From: Candidatus Woesearchaeota archaeon
GTDB lineage: Archaea > Nanobdellota > Nanobdellia > Woesearchaeales > JAZDKJ01
Length of the DNA: 64,000 nucleotides
Reading direction: 5' to 3'
NCBI GenBank assembly: GCA_043803105.1
Contig: JAZDKJ010000005.1
Location: 64,001-128,000 of the forward strand
Position 1 is the first letter of the stretch, and every line of letters begins with the position of its first letter. Positions 30,301 to 40,030 of the stretch are shown one piece after another. Position numbers and translations under genes: made by a program. The notes beneath the pieces were generated by a model. That model was not told where the DNA came from. It worked only from the letters and a program-made list of their open reading frames with translations, and searched no databases.

Positions 30301-30926
30301 AAGAGGTGTACCAATACCTGCAGATTGACCATCAAAACCTTGAGGAGAGCGACATAGACCACTTGACATTAATCTTCAAAGTGAACAACTCATGGCTAAA
30401 AGACCGGGGACAGGTGTTATTGAAAAGAAGGGTGCAAAACCAATGGGAGAGGCTCAATACCACAAAGATAAATCAAACAGCAGAATACTCATTTTATAGT
30501 GCTGTGAGCAAAGGCTTGTCAGTATTTGCTATAACCGCAGAGAAGCGCATGCCTCAAAGCGCAAGCACTATGATCAAAGAGGCACCCGAACCGCAGCAAA
30601 TAATCACAGAAAAACCAGTGCAATATACAAGCGAACCAACACCGGAATCAACACAGCCTGCAAAAGAGACAAAATGGTCAACGAGTATCACAGGTGTAGT
30701 ACTAACGATTCTAGCTTGCATAATAGTCATCTCAATAGCTGCACAAAGAAGAGGGGCAAACCTCGGAGAGCTTGACAGGTACCTCGACACAAGGCTTGCG
30801 GCAGGAGAGAACGCGGAAGATATAAAGACCAAACTAAGGGTAGAAGGCTGGCCGGAAGAAATAATCGAAAAGCAGCTAACAAAGGTGAGGGGAAAGAATT
30901 CAGCCCAGGTCATCGATATTAATTAG
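27351..30926 (+). CDS. Secreted S8 (subtilisin) protease with Ig-like repeats, PGF-pre-PGF-like domain and C-terminal TM
   Basis: Signal peptide; LDTG, HGTHVAG, GTSMAAPHVA; many N-x-S/T sequons; GLSVFAI. Confidence 0.92.
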   Translation: MKCIYLVVLIILLCSTAYAIEIDKGVYDELGKRGSASVIVELNDIKTPGTQLQARKVGIEQAIDNTLKRLKNQNGTIRVIHEFGNVNAFVGNISYEALSKLATDSGIKSIHLKETLHIQLADTREQIKADEAQGLELGGLGIDGRGQTVCLLDTGVDYTHENLGGGYGIKVIDGHDYVNNDNDPMDDNGHGTHVAGIIISNHTTYRGIAPGAKIVAVKVCKSNGDCDNDKIIAGMDWCLNNASKYNISAISISIGDGEAYNRSTCPTWMDDALNQARAQNIVVSVSSGNDFNKGGISYPACSPNTTSVGAASKDNSITDYSNTASILDLIAPGGAPGNEVRSTNLGGGFAERFGTSMAAPHVAATVALLKEFYRLQEGSVLMADRAIAAMKQSGTNITDSGNGLVFPLVNAYDAINQLDNRTPIINLSPENGFTTKNLSYTIRATSNEVLRTAILEWNGTNLTMQGKGRLWNYTVTGSTEMRYKVIANDSANNFGISSVNTMTLNDSAPIITNHYPLANKSVKEPLNASFNISYVEPNGQAVQINWYKNNAMVSNTTKYNFPGSYSSAGNYTIKVVLNDSHYATIMEWRLSVNNTNRKPTIAAAWISPTRPGDNSSLRCNNGSITDEDNDNITLFYDWYNGSWRGINNPILMEGNTSWQSRWNCSIKAFDGTENSTAKVSASVIINNTAPAIIASNPADNRISIKEPNNQTFNVTVADNDPITFVWTINGTDTGSQGSYEFKGNYSSKGSYAIGVVAGDGSLNTSRSWTLVVNHTNRQPEQTQELVTQKLYLRENNTINLSLYFRDPDGDSLNYSAWSTNITVTISSGIATIKAGNQTGSFLASINASDGLLKKENSFNVTVTKDKDGDNHNSINSGGDDCNDNQADIYPGASCSSECYSGTYSDQCACTGGRNTCRSSGGGGGGGGSAATKLAGTSRYFDSIEPGLEVRVYTDIAISAVVFATNKPKTGVTISVKESKLNRTEEVYQYLQIDHQNLEESDIDHLTLIFKVNNSWLKDRGQVLLKRRVQNQWERLNTTKINQTAEYSFYSAVSKGLSVFAITAEKRMPQSASTMIKEAPEPQQIITEKPVQYTSEPTPESTQPAKETKWSTSITGVVLTILACIIVISIAAQRRGANLGELDRYLDTRLAAGENAEDIKTKLRVEGWPEEIIEKQLTKVRGKNSAQVIDIN

Positions 30927-31511
30927 CGGCACAATTGAACCTTCAGGCAACCTTGGGCAGGCAGTATTGACAAAACAGTCAACAAAATTGAAATCCTGCA
31001 GAGAATCCAGGTCAAAAGTATTGTCAATGAAGACATAAGATTTCTTGGCCAGCTTTTCGGAAAGCGCAAAGGCTTGCTTCAGATGCTCCTGGCCAGGCTT
31101 AGTACTTACAAGAAAGCCTAGAGTGGAAGAGCGCAGAAATTTTATCTTGGCAAGCTGCTTCTGCCTCAACAATGCTTGAACTGAAGAATCATCAATCCCA
31201 GAAAGCCTTGAATCAAAAGGGTTGAAGACAAATACGGGCTTTTTAGTCTTCATCTTTATCATCAAAGGATGGAACTCGCCAGTGCCAACAAAGAGAAAGG
31301 AATTGACCTTGGCTTTTTCTGCCTTAGAAACATCGCAACCTAGTACAGAACCTATAAGGATGGAACCCTTGAGCTTCCTTGAAAGAGCCTTTACCTGGGC
31401 CTCATACTGGACTGTTGTAACAAGGCCAACTGGCTTGGGAAAATCCTTGAACATGAAAAGATTAAGGTTGACCTTTTGCAGACTCGATGCTTTGATGAAA
31501 AGGGTTTTCAT
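30900..31511 (-). CDS. dph2: Diphthamide biosynthesis Dph2 family protein (short form)
   Basis: VLGC; GTGEFHP; STKPGQ; VNTACPR. Confidence 0.85.
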   Translation of the reverse strand: MKTLFIKASSLQKVNLNLFMFKDFPKPVGLVTTVQYEAQVKALSRKLKGSILIGSVLGCDVSKAEKAKVNSFLFVGTGEFHPLMIKMKTKKPVFVFNPFDSRLSGIDDSSVQALLRQKQLAKIKFLRSSTLGFLVSTKPGQEHLKQAFALSEKLAKKSYVFIDNTFDLDSLQDFNFVDCFVNTACPRLPEGSIVPLINIDDLG

Positions 31512-31544
31512 GAGTTGATGAATATGTAGAATGTTAATATAGGT

Positions 31545-31958
31545 TTATAAATCCTCTTCTGAGATTACGCTAATCCCGTTTTTCTTAAGCAAGGCGGTGG
31601 TGACACCGTCTCCCTCAAGCGATTTGCCAGAAAATGTTCCATCAGGAATCCTACCTGAACCGCAAGAAGGGCTTGCTTGCTTAAGGATTGCCTCCTTGAC
31701 ACCAAACAGCTTGGCAAGCTTCAAGGTCTCGGTTGCGCCTGCAACAAACTGAATTGTTACATCCTTGCCTGACTTAGAGAAAACCTTAGCGCCGTGCTGC
31801 TCTGAAGGCTCCCTTGGTGTGGGCAGGCCGCCCAACTGTTCTGGACAAACAGGGATCAAGATTTCTTTTCTTAGCAGCTGCAGAACTTTTTCACAAGGTT
31901 TGCTCTTGCCATCCCACCTGCAAGTTACGCCCAATAAACATGCGCTACATAGCTTCAT
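31545..31958 (-). CDS. DUF523 / 2-thiouracil desulfurase family protein
   Basis: SACLLG; CPEQLGGLPTPR; SPSCG; GDGVT. Confidence 0.9.
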   Translation of the reverse strand: MKLCSACLLGVTCRWDGKSKPCEKVLQLLRKEILIPVCPEQLGGLPTPREPSEQHGAKVFSKSGKDVTIQFVAGATETLKLAKLFGVKEAILKQASPSCGSGRIPDGTFSGKSLEGDGVTTALLKKNGISVISEEDL

Positions 31959-31993
31959 AGTCATCAGGAGAGTCCATGGCAATTTAAATCTTG

Positions 31994-33877
31994 CTAAGCC
32001 TTTTGAGAAATCTTCTTCAAGATGGCTTCTTTTCCAGTCCAATCAATAGACTCGCGGAGCACCTCAACAATATTGCTCACAGGGATGATATGCACCTTTT
32101 CAAGCTTTTTAGCGTCAACAACAATATCCTTAAGGTTTGATTGCGGCACAATAATCTTCTTGATGCCAGCGTCAATAGCAGCTTCAACCTTGGAGGAAAC
32201 TCCACCGACAGGCAAAACATCTCCCCTGACAGAGAGAGAGCCAGTCATCGCATAATCCTGCTTTATGGGAACCCGTTTCAAGGCAGAGATAATGGCTGTT
32301 GCCACTGCAATACTGGCAGAGTCGCCCTCAACTCCTTCATAGGTCTGCAAAAACTGGACATAAACATCATAATTCTCCTTGATATCCTCACCGAAAAAGC
32401 TCTTTATTATAGCAGAGACGTTCTTGATAGCCTCTTTTGCGATCTTCCCGAGCTGGCCTGTAGCAATAAACTCTGTCGCGTTTCCGCCAGGGGTTACTTC
32501 TGCTTCGATTGGAAGGATGATTCCAGAATATGAATCAGCGCCTCCTATTACAGCAAGTCCGTTAACCCGGCCAACCTTCTTACCCTTTGTAACAATAACC
32601 TCATACTCTTTCTTGCGCTCAATATAACTGTCTGCTATCTGGTGCTCAAGAGGCCTTGCTATGGTCTTTGCCTTGTTGATATGGGCAACTTCAACATACT
32701 TTGCCTTTTCCTCAGTTGCAATGTCGCCGGCTGCCCTGATAAGCCCGCCAAGCTCGCGCAACCTCAAGGTCAGATGACCTTTCCTATTTGCCATCCTTCT
32801 TGCCTGCTGGACCATCTCTGTTACAGCATCCCTTGAAAAATGCGGAATCTTCTTGTCCTTAACAACCTCCTGTGCAACGAAAAAAGCGATCTTGTCGCGG
32901 TTCTCCTCAGTGTCCTTCATCGTCTCTTTCATGAACACCTCATAACCATAACCACGAATCCTTGACCTCAAGGCAGGATGCATGTTCTTGACAGTCTCAG
33001 GGTTGCCTGCTGCAACCAGGATAAAATTGCAAGGCACAGGCTCTGTGCGCACCATTGCGCCAGCAGACCTCTCGCTCTGGCCTGTGATAGAATACTTTCC
33101 TTCCTGCAATGCTGTAAGAAGCTCTTGCTGTGTAGAAGGCTGCAAAGTGGCAATCTCATCAACGAAAAGCACTCCCATGTTAGCCTTGTGAATCATTCCG
33201 GCAACGACGCGTTCGTGAGCAGGAGTGCCTAAACCGCCTGATTGGAAAGGATCGTGAAGCACATCGCCGAGCAGGGCACCAGCATGAGCGCCAGTAGCAT
33301 CACAAAACGGAGCAGTCTTCTGGCCAAAATTATCAACAACAAGCTTGGGAGGCTGGACTTTTTGATTTGCCACCCGTCTGCTAAGGTTCAGGCTGACAAC
33401 AAAAAGACCTGCAACAATAAGGAAGCCAATTATCGTAGAGGCAGTCATTATTGCAGCGACGGTGGCACCGTACGCATTCTTGAAATAAGAGAAAGTCCAC
33501 ATAGATAAAAGAATTGAGACTGCGGACAGACCAAGAAGGATCAATATTCCCTGGTTCTTGAACATTCCCATGGCTTGAATGCGCGCCCTGTTCACCAATT
33601 CCCTGCCTTGACCAGCAGAAACGACCCTGATAAGAGGCATGTTCTCATCATTAGCGTTGCTAAACGAGAGCACATCCTGCAACTTTTCCTTGGGCAAGAG
33701 CTCTGCCAGGGCAAGGCCAAGCATAGACTTTCCAGTACCTGGCTCACCAATAAGAAGAACATGGCGCCGTTGGTTAGCAGCCTTTTTCATGACCTGAACA
33801 GCCTCATCCTGGCCGATGACCTGCTCTATGATCCTCTTGGGAACCTTGATGTCCTCTGTAGACTTGAACTTAAGCAT
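31994..33877 (-). CDS. lonB: Archaeal ATP-dependent protease LonB
   Basis: GEPGTGKS; TM insert in AAA domain; EGDSAS; VGGVSSK. Confidence 0.96.
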   Translation of the reverse strand: MLKFKSTEDIKVPKRIIEQVIGQDEAVQVMKKAANQRRHVLLIGEPGTGKSMLGLALAELLPKEKLQDVLSFSNANDENMPLIRVVSAGQGRELVNRARIQAMGMFKNQGILILLGLSAVSILLSMWTFSYFKNAYGATVAAIMTASTIIGFLIVAGLFVVSLNLSRRVANQKVQPPKLVVDNFGQKTAPFCDATGAHAGALLGDVLHDPFQSGGLGTPAHERVVAGMIHKANMGVLFVDEIATLQPSTQQELLTALQEGKYSITGQSERSAGAMVRTEPVPCNFILVAAGNPETVKNMHPALRSRIRGYGYEVFMKETMKDTEENRDKIAFFVAQEVVKDKKIPHFSRDAVTEMVQQARRMANRKGHLTLRLRELGGLIRAAGDIATEEKAKYVEVAHINKAKTIARPLEHQIADSYIERKKEYEVIVTKGKKVGRVNGLAVIGGADSYSGIILPIEAEVTPGGNATEFIATGQLGKIAKEAIKNVSAIIKSFFGEDIKENYDVYVQFLQTYEGVEGDSASIAVATAIISALKRVPIKQDYAMTGSLSVRGDVLPVGGVSSKVEAAIDAGIKKIIVPQSNLKDIVVDAKKLEKVHIIPVSNIVEVLRESIDWTGKEAILKKISQKA

Positions 33878-33949
33878 TGGGGATTTGAATACGTAAGGCT
33901 TTATAAAGTTTGTTTTTAAAGAGTCTTTTAAGAAAGAAATCTGCGCTGC

Positions 33950-34459
33950 TCAAGGGCAATTCTTGCGCAACCTATGCAAGGTGGTCTTCATTACAGTCTC
34001 GATGTCAAAGTTATCAGAAACCTTGATAGTGATGTCTACATATTTCCTGTAGAGAGCAATTCTTTCTTTGAAAAGCGCTTCTAATCCCTTGTTTTTCAGC
34101 CCTACAATTCCTCTTGTTGAAGCGTTCGTGAGCCTGTTCTTCAAACCCTGCAAAGGGCAGTCCAGAAAAATGACAGTGGATTTTTCCTTAAGAAACTGCA
34201 TAGCTTTGGCAGAATAAACAACGCTCCCTCCTGGAGAGATGATACAATTTTTTAGCTTGCCTAAGCCTAAAATTGTCTGTTCCTCAAACCGAATAAAGGC
34301 TTCATCTCCAAGCTTCTCAAGTATTTGCTGCAGCTTAAGCTTCCTCTTCTCCTCCATGATTATGTCAACGTCAAGAAACTTATAGCCCAAAACTCTTGCA
34401 AGTTCTTTACCGAGAACACTTTTTCCAGAACCAGGCATTCCAATAAAAGTAATATTCAT
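33950..34459 (-). CDS. aroK: Shikimate kinase (bacterial AroK-type)
   Basis: IGMPGSGKS; D-x-D; SPGGS; ER..LY. Confidence 0.85.
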   Translation of the reverse strand: MNITFIGMPGSGKSVLGKELARVLGYKFLDVDIIMEEKRKLKLQQILEKLGDEAFIRFEEQTILGLGKLKNCIISPGGSVVYSAKAMQFLKEKSTVIFLDCPLQGLKNRLTNASTRGIVGLKNKGLEALFKERIALYRKYVDITIKVSDNFDIETVMKTTLHRLRKNCP

Positions 34460-34639
34460 AACGATATGTTTGCAAAAGAAGCATAAAAAGGTTGCTATTG
34501 CAAGTTTTGGTTGGACGAACAAGGACAGGAGCATGCTCTTAGTCAAACAACCTAAAGCTTTAAAAGAGGTTTTGCGACTATCTTGACTATAAGTCAAGTA
34601 TTAATGATTTGAATCCGAAGAGGAGGTTTCTGCGGTAAC

Positions 34640-34954
34640 ATGGTAAAACACATATGGGGATTTTATGTTCCCCTTGAAAAGCAGACAGAATTTGAAAGGC
34701 TTAACAGTCCAGCCGGACCTTGGCATCGGTTCTTTGACGGAAGTCCTGATTTTCTAGGCACATACTATCTTAAAAGCCTGGAAACAGTATTGAAGGATGA
34801 GCAAAAAGCAAGAGAATATCTCACTTTTGATATCTGGAAGTCAGAAGAATCATTCTATAAATATATTCAGCAACATAAGAAGGAATTTAATAATCTATCT
34901 GAAGAAAATCTAGAACTCATTATTGCAAAATTCCATCTGGGATGGTTTGCCTAA
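34640..34954 (+). CDS. Hypothetical protein (dimeric alpha-beta barrel/ABM-like)
   Basis: FERL…GPW…F…FLGT…YLTFDIWKSEESF pattern. Confidence 0.5.
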   Translation: MVKHIWGFYVPLEKQTEFERLNSPAGPWHRFFDGSPDFLGTYYLKSLETVLKDEQKAREYLTFDIWKSEESFYKYIQQHKKEFNNLSEENLELIIAKFHLGWFA

Positions 34955-35001
34955 AAATGAAGGCTAAACATTTAAATATTGCCTACAAACCAGTTGGCAG
35001 G

Positions 35002-35388
35002 ATGAAGAAAATCCTTCTGGACACAAACTTCCTCTTAATACCGGCAATGCTCAAAGTGGACATATTCGCAGAGATGGAAAGGATCATTGAAGAGGCATAT
35101 GAGGTTTGCGTTTTGGACAAGACTGTGGATGAGCTCAACAGCATCAGGGAAAAGCAGACAGTGAGATATAGGAAGGCAGCGCAACTTGCATTGAAGCTAA
35201 TAGAAGCAATGCATATTAAGGTCATAAAAACAGAAAGCATTAAAAACGTTGATGAAATCATCCTGGAAGAGGCAGACAGTAAGTTTTTTATAGTAGCTAC
35301 GCAGGATGGTGCCTTAAAAAGGAAACTGAGGACAAAACAGGTTCCTGTGATCGTTTTAAGGCAAAAGAAACATCTGATTTTGACATAG
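35002..35388 (+). CDS. PIN domain protein (Fcf1/Utp24-like)
   Basis: ILLDTNFL; VDE; VATQD..LK; position upstream of rpoE1. Confidence 0.88.
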   Translation: MKKILLDTNFLLIPAMLKVDIFAEMERIIEEAYEVCVLDKTVDELNSIREKQTVRYRKAAQLALKLIEAMHIKVIKTESIKNVDEIILEEADSKFFIVATQDGALKRKLRTKQVPVIVLRQKKHLILT

Positions 35389-35395
35389 GGGAAAA

Positions 35396-35995
35396 ATGTT
35401 TTACAAATCTGTAGTAAAAGACCACATAAGAGTACCACCAAAAATGTTTGAGGTGGCTGTTGATGAGGCAGTGCTCAAGAGAATCAAGCAGAAATACTCT
35501 GGATTCATTGACAAGGACCTTGGCATAATTGTTGATGTCTCAAAGGTAAACGAGATAAAAGAAGGTGTCATCATACCTGGCGATGGTGCACCGTACTATG
35601 AGACAGTATTTGAGCTAATCACTTTCAAACCAGAGCTTCAGGAAGTGGTGTTCGGGAAGATAAAGGACATCGCAGACTTTGGGGCCTTCATAAACATCGG
35701 GCCGATAGACGGAATGATTCACATATCACAGACAATGGACGACTTTGTGTCTTTCTCAAAGGACAAGGCATTGATGGGAAAGGAAACGAAGCATTCGCTG
35801 AAAGTTGGAGACAGGTGCAAGGCAAGAATAATTGCCGTGAGTTTCAAAGAGCTAACTAATCCAAAGTTAGGGCTCACAATGAGGCAGCCTGGCCTCGGGA
35901 AACTTGAATGGCTGGCTGAAGCAGCGAAGAAAGAGGAATCAAAAGAAGCAGCCCCAAAGGCCAAAGAAACCAAAGGAAAGAAGAAGGAAAAATAG
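35396..35995 (+). CDS. rpoE1: DNA-directed RNA polymerase subunit E' (Rpo7)
   Basis: IRVPP; IPGDGA; S1 domain; LTMRQPGLGK. Confidence 0.96.
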   Translation: MFYKSVVKDHIRVPPKMFEVAVDEAVLKRIKQKYSGFIDKDLGIIVDVSKVNEIKEGVIIPGDGAPYYETVFELITFKPELQEVVFGKIKDIADFGAFINIGPIDGMIHISQTMDDFVSFSKDKALMGKETKHSLKVGDRCKARIIAVSFKELTNPKLGLTMRQPGLGKLEWLAEAAKKEESKEAAPKAKETKGKKKEK

Positions 35996-36005
35996 GTATT
36001 TCGGA

Positions 36006-36066
36006 TGAGCAACAAAAAATTAACGAATTTTTTGAGCACCCAAAAATCCCAAGGTGATTTTTGATG
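36006..36066. repeat. Double-hairpin REP-like element
   Basis: CAAAAAATT-AACG-AATTTTTTG, linker AGCACC, CAAAAATC-CCAAGGT-GATTTTTG; same layout as the insertion at 49047-49098. Confidence 0.55.
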
Positions 36067-36252
36067 AGCAAAAAGAAAGTCTGCAAGAAATGCAAGTTGT
36101 TTGTGGAAGGGAATGAATGCCCGATATGCAAAGGCAACCAGTTCACAAACTCATTCCAAGGAAGAATGTATGTGATGGATGTCAACAAGTCAGAGATAGG
36201 AAAGAAAATCGGAATAACGGTAAAGGGCGAGTACGCAATCAAGATAAGATGA
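36064..36252 (+). CDS. spt4: Transcription elongation factor Spt4 (RpoE'')
   Basis: CKKC…CPIC; SEIGKKIGI; GEYAIKIR. Confidence 0.93.
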   Translation: MSKKKVCKKCKLFVEGNECPICKGNQFTNSFQGRMYVMDVNKSEIGKKIGITVKGEYAIKIR

Positions 36253-36542
36253 ACCTGCAAATCGTAGAGCAAAAAACAAATGCTTTCCTGTCAAGGAAAG
36301 AGATAAAGGCAACGCTAAGCTATGACAATGCAACTCCGTCAAAGGAAGAGCTAAAAAAGCAGTTTGCAACAGCAACAAAGGCTGATGTGAACACTGTAGT
36401 AATCAAGCATATCTACCCGGGATTCGGGCACAAGCAGGCGACAGTACTGGTCTACCAATATGACAAGCCTGAGAGCGTAGCAAAGTTCGAGCCTAAAAAG
36501 AAAGAAAAAAAGGCAAAAGGCGCTGAAGAGAAGGCGAAATAA
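36249..36542 (+). CDS. rps24e: 30S ribosomal protein eS24
   Basis: NAFLSRKEI; ATPS; operon order. Confidence 0.9.
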   Translation: MNLQIVEQKTNAFLSRKEIKATLSYDNATPSKEELKKQFATATKADVNTVVIKHIYPGFGHKQATVLVYQYDKPESVAKFEPKKKEKKAKGAEEKAK

Positions 36543-36544
36543 AT

Positions 36545-36718
36545 ATGGCAAGAAAACAATCAAAGAAGCACCCTACAAAGGTGTGGAAACTCTATGTGCA
36601 GGGAAAGTCGAAAAACAAGTTCTGCCCAAAATGCGGCAAAGGCTATTTTCTCGCTGCACACAAAGACCGGTCAACCTGCGGAAAATGCGGGTATACTGAG
36701 TTTATAAGAAAATCATAA
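36545..36718 (+). CDS. rps27ae: 30S ribosomal protein eS31 (S27ae), absent from ORF track
   Basis: [28 protein letters not shown]. Confidence 0.95.
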   Translation: MARKQSKKHPTKVWKLYVQGKSKNKFCPKCGKGYFLAAHKDRSTCGKCGYTEFIRKS

Positions 36719-36742
36719 GAAAGGAAAATAGTTCATCTTCTT
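36719..36742 (+). repeat. 24-bp direct repeat, left copy
   Basis: GAAAGGAAAATAGTTCATCTTCTT, identical to 37743-37766. Confidence 0.9.
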
Positions 36743-36773
36743 GTGCAAGGAAACAAGCAAGCAATTGCTGCCT

Positions 36774-37346
36774 TTAAGTCCTTAATATTTTCATCAAATA
36801 GTATTCTACAGCCCACTGCTCGAAAAAATCCTGAAATTCATCCTGGGCTTCTAGCGGAACAAAAATAACATTTCTAGCTAGGATCCTACCATTCCTCTCC
36901 CTGAGCAGGCCACCATGTTTTTTCTTGCCATGCAAGGCATAATAAAACAAAACCTTCTTGCTCTTTTCCAGTGAAACAAGACTGAAACTAATTAACGCAC
37001 CAGATGAAAAACCAACTTGCTCGCAAAGTCGCTTCCCGGTCAAAAGAGAAAAGCCCTCTAATAACAAGGTTCTGTACAAAACATTAGACAGGATGTTCTC
37101 AATAAGGACTAGATTCAGATGAGTTCGCTGCGGGAAGAAGGCATTAAATTTCTTTTGCAGCTCCAAAATTTTCAATGCTTCGGTATTCTTCAGAATAATA
37201 GCTACATCAGTATCATGAGTGACATCTTTTCCCCTAGCAACTGAACCAAAGAGAATGACATCTACGATATTCTTATCATATTCTTGATACAATCTCTTTG
37301 AACTCTTCGTCAAATTTTCCAAGATGGATAATTTTTTTGGTTTCAT
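36774..37346 (-). CDS. Minimal nucleotidyltransferase (MNT) domain protein
   Basis: LFGSVARG…DTDVAI. Confidence 0.85.
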   Translation of the reverse strand: MKPKKLSILENLTKSSKRLYQEYDKNIVDVILFGSVARGKDVTHDTDVAIILKNTEALKILELQKKFNAFFPQRTHLNLVLIENILSNVLYRTLLLEGFSLLTGKRLCEQVGFSSGALISFSLVSLEKSKKVLFYYALHGKKKHGGLLRERNGRILARNVIFVPLEAQDEFQDFFEQWAVEYYLMKILRT

Positions 37347-37644
37347 TTTTCAATAAACTGCACGAGTCTTTTGTCAATTCTGAAGAGTAAGTCTCCTGAT
37401 ACGAGGCAAAAACAGAGTCAACAGAACTGTAAACTTCTGGAAAATCCTTTTCCAACAATCTAAACCTTTCCGAATGATTCTTTGGAGGAAAACCTCTCTT
37501 GCGTAAGATCAACAAATCACAAAGCTGTGTAATAGCCTTAAAGTATGCTGTTACAGCAAGCCTAAACCTGCGCTTTTTCTCCTGGTCAAGACCTCCTTCA
37601 ATAAATTCTATGAACCCTTCTTTTAGTAGCTCTTCAGTCGTCAT
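37276..37644 (-). CDS. HEPN-like protein
   Basis: Helical; PKNHSERFRLL; paired with the MNT gene. Confidence 0.7.
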   Translation of the reverse strand: MTTEELLKEGFIEFIEGGLDQEKKRRFRLAVTAYFKAITQLCDLLILRKRGFPPKNHSERFRLLEKDFPEVYSSVDSVFASYQETYSSELTKDSCSLLKNETKKIIHLGKFDEEFKEIVSRI

Positions 37645-37737
37645 TTTACCTTGGTAAATTAAAAGTCTATATAAATGTTATTATTTATCTTAGTAAATAT
37701 ATTGGCTTAAAAGTTATTATATTTTACCTTGGTAAAT
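37644..37737. promoter_or_regulatory. Three palindromic operator-like boxes upstream of the HEPN-MNT pair
   Basis: TTTACC-TT-GGTAAA at ~37645 and ~37723; degenerate TTTATCTTAGTAAA at ~37684. Confidence 0.6.
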
Positions 37738-37742
37738 CAGGC

Positions 37743-37766
37743 GAAAGGAAAATAGTTCATCTTCTT
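37743..37766 (+). repeat. 24-bp direct repeat, right copy
   Basis: Identical to 36719-36742. Confidence 0.9.
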
Positions 37767-37855
37767 CTCTTCCTTTGCCACGACAAACCAGTAATCGTCA
37801 ATCATGCCAGCAAAGCGGAAACCATATGTTCTAGAAACAAAAATAACTCTTTGCT

Positions 37856-38749
37856 TTAATCCTCAGGCCTTGACTGCAGAATAAGCAAATCCTCAGTGGT
37901 AAGCTTCTGGCCTTTCTTTAGCTTTTCCTGGACAGAGACTTCCTTGTTCTTCAGCTCTTCCTCGAGCTTCTTACGCTTTTCCTTCCTTGTCTCTTCCTTC
38001 TCCAGATTGAGCTTCTGGTTCAGATCATTTAGCACAGGCAATTGCTCCTTTAGCTTGGAATTCACTTCATTGAACTGCTGCTTGAACTCCAAAAACTTCT
38101 TGTAAGCCTCTTCCTCCTGCGTCTTAAGCTCATCAATCTTCGAACCTGCTGCCATCACAGACTCATGGCATTGCTGGCTCAGCTTTGCAGCCTGCTGGAC
38201 CTCATTATGCTTGTCAGAAGCCTTATACTTCAAGTCACGGACATCTTTATTCAAATCCCTGATCTTGTTGTTCAAAGCGACAACTTCCTTTGCCTCGTTG
38301 TACTTTTTCTTCAGGTCCTTGATGTTCTTCATGAGCTTCTTCTCTTTCTCAAAAGAAACAACATTTGTTTCCAGGTTGAATTCAAGCCTGTCAATGTCCT
38401 GCTTCAAGAAAGAGATGTCACGGGTAATGTTCAATTTCTTCATCAAGGCATCGCGCTCTGTCCTAAGCGACTTCAAGAGATTAAGCTTGTCCTTCAAAGG
38501 TGTTGTGAGATTCTCGCGTTCTTCCTTGTTTTTCTTCACAGTATCTGTGAAGGAATTACGCTGGTCCTTGGCCAGCTTGGCTTCAGAGATAAGCCTGCCT
38601 ATCTCTTTAGAAAAATCTTCCTTTTTCCTGAACCACTGCTCTTTCTGTGAATCAATGAGGTTGAGACTATCTCGAAGCTCTTGAACAGTCTTCTTGGTTT
38701 CATCTAGCTTCTTGAATAGCTCATCCTTCTCTGTTGACATCCATTCCAC
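37856..38749 (-). CDS. Archaeal coiled-coil protein (COG1340-like)
   Basis: Long heptad pattern; terminal KLKKGQKLTTEDLLILQ. Confidence 0.8.
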   Translation of the reverse strand: MEWMSTEKDELFKKLDETKKTVQELRDSLNLIDSQKEQWFRKKEDFSKEIGRLISEAKLAKDQRNSFTDTVKKNKEERENLTTPLKDKLNLLKSLRTERDALMKKLNITRDISFLKQDIDRLEFNLETNVVSFEKEKKLMKNIKDLKKKYNEAKEVVALNNKIRDLNKDVRDLKYKASDKHNEVQQAAKLSQQCHESVMAAGSKIDELKTQEEEAYKKFLEFKQQFNEVNSKLKEQLPVLNDLNQKLNLEKEETRKEKRKKLEEELKNKEVSVQEKLKKGQKLTTEDLLILQSRPED

Positions 38750-38754
38750 GTAGT

Positions 38755-39057
38755 TTAGCCGAACAATGCGCCAAGTCCTGCGGCAGCGCTCATCTCGTCC
38801 TTCTTCTCTTCCTTTTTCTCCTCTTTCTTCTCAGGAGCCTGCTTTTTCTCGGAAACAGGAGCTACTACAGCCACTGGAGCGGCTGCGGCGTGCTTAATGA
38901 CCTCATCAATGTTGACACCCTGCAAGGATGCAACGAGAGCCTTAAGTCGCGCTTCGTCAGGCTTTACGCCTGCAGCCTCAAGGACCTTTTTCACGCTAAC
39001 CTCATCAACCTGCTTGCCTGCCTTATGCAGCAGCATTGCCGCGTAAATGTATTCCAT
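38755..39057 (-). CDS. rpl12: 50S ribosomal protein P1 (L12p)
   Basis: [11 protein letters not shown]; [10 protein letters not shown]. Confidence 0.97.
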   Translation of the reverse strand: MEYIYAAMLLHKAGKQVDEVSVKKVLEAAGVKPDEARLKALVASLQGVNIDEVIKHAAAAPVAVVAPVSEKKQAPEKKEEKKEEKKDEMSAAAGLGALFG

Positions 39058-39079
39058 TTTTCTAACCTCCTCAGGATAG

Positions 39080-40030
39080 TTACCTTCTCAATGTGCCTTT
39101 GCGCACAAGCTCTTTAGCGAGGTCTTCGACCTCATTAGTCTCTTTCTGCTTGACAATCTTTGCCTTGTCAGGCAGTGACTCATCAGCATCAATATTTGCT
39201 GTAGACTTCACCAGCCTTGCCTCAATGACAGCCTGCTCGACCATCTCAGAGACAGTATCCTTTGTCAGAATCTTTCCCTCCTTAGCGATTGCCCTGGCAT
39301 GCAAATGAGCCTTTGAAAGCAACTGCTTGATAGTTCCAGGTGAAGCATAAGAGATTTCGAGAGCGAGCGACATTGCACAGGCATGAGCCAAAGCAATGTT
39401 TGAGACAAACTGCTTCTCGTCAACATCCAAGACTTTCTTTGTGAAGAGCACACCGTGCTCCAAAGTGACTACAAGGTCTAGGCCGACTTCCATGGGCTCG
39501 ATGCCAAGCCTTACGAGCATTGCTGCAAGCTTATCAGAAATTGGCTTACCTTCCCTGCAGACAACAGCGTCTTCTCGTATTGTTATCTTGCCTGCCTCGA
39601 CCTGCGTCTTGATACCTAGAGCACCAAGCTCGCCGATCACAGGACCTGGGGCAAAGCTTGTCGGGCCTGCAGTAACAATAATATCATGCGGAGCAAGCTG
39701 GCCTGCCTTTGCAGGGGCTTTGGACTTATTTTCCTTTAATACCTTGAAAAGAGCGAAAGGATTCTCTTTGGTAAAGATCATTGCAGGCATTCCTAAAAGG
39801 TGGTCCTTTAAGACTTCGAAACCCTTTGCCTTGTCAAGAGCAATCTTGAACAGGCGCTTCTTTGTCATGAAAATGATGACTTTGCCGCGGAGATTTTCTC
39901 TCATCCGCTGCAGTTGAGGGGCAGGAAGGTTAGACATGTTCACAACACCGACAATTGGATATTTGCCGATATTATCGACTATTTCAGAAACAACTTTCTG
40001 CTTGTATTGAGGGATCTTGTGCATGTTCAT
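39080..40030 (-). CDS. rpl10: 50S ribosomal protein uL10 (P0)
   Basis: APAKAG; GPTSFAPGP; [10 protein letters not shown]. Confidence 0.96.
   Translation of the reverse strand: MNMHKIPQYKQKVVSEIVDNIGKYPIVGVVNMSNLPAPQLQRMRENLRGKVIIFMTKKRLFKIALDKAKGFEVLKDHLLGMPAMIFTKENPFALFKVLKENKSKAPAKAGQLAPHDIIVTAGPTSFAPGPVIGELGALGIKTQVEAGKITIREDAVVCREGKPISDKLAAMLVRLGIEPMEVGLDLVVTLEHGVLFTKKVLDVDEKQFVSNIALAHACAMSLALEISYASPGTIKQLLSKAHLHARAIAKEGKILTKDTVSEMVEQAVIEARLVKSTANIDADESLPDKAKIVKQKETNEVEDLAKELVRKGTLRR

Noticed and set aside
34497-34512. 16-bp match ATTGCAAGTTTTGGTT also at 63457-63472
   Set aside because: A single short match with unrelated flanks; not interpretable.
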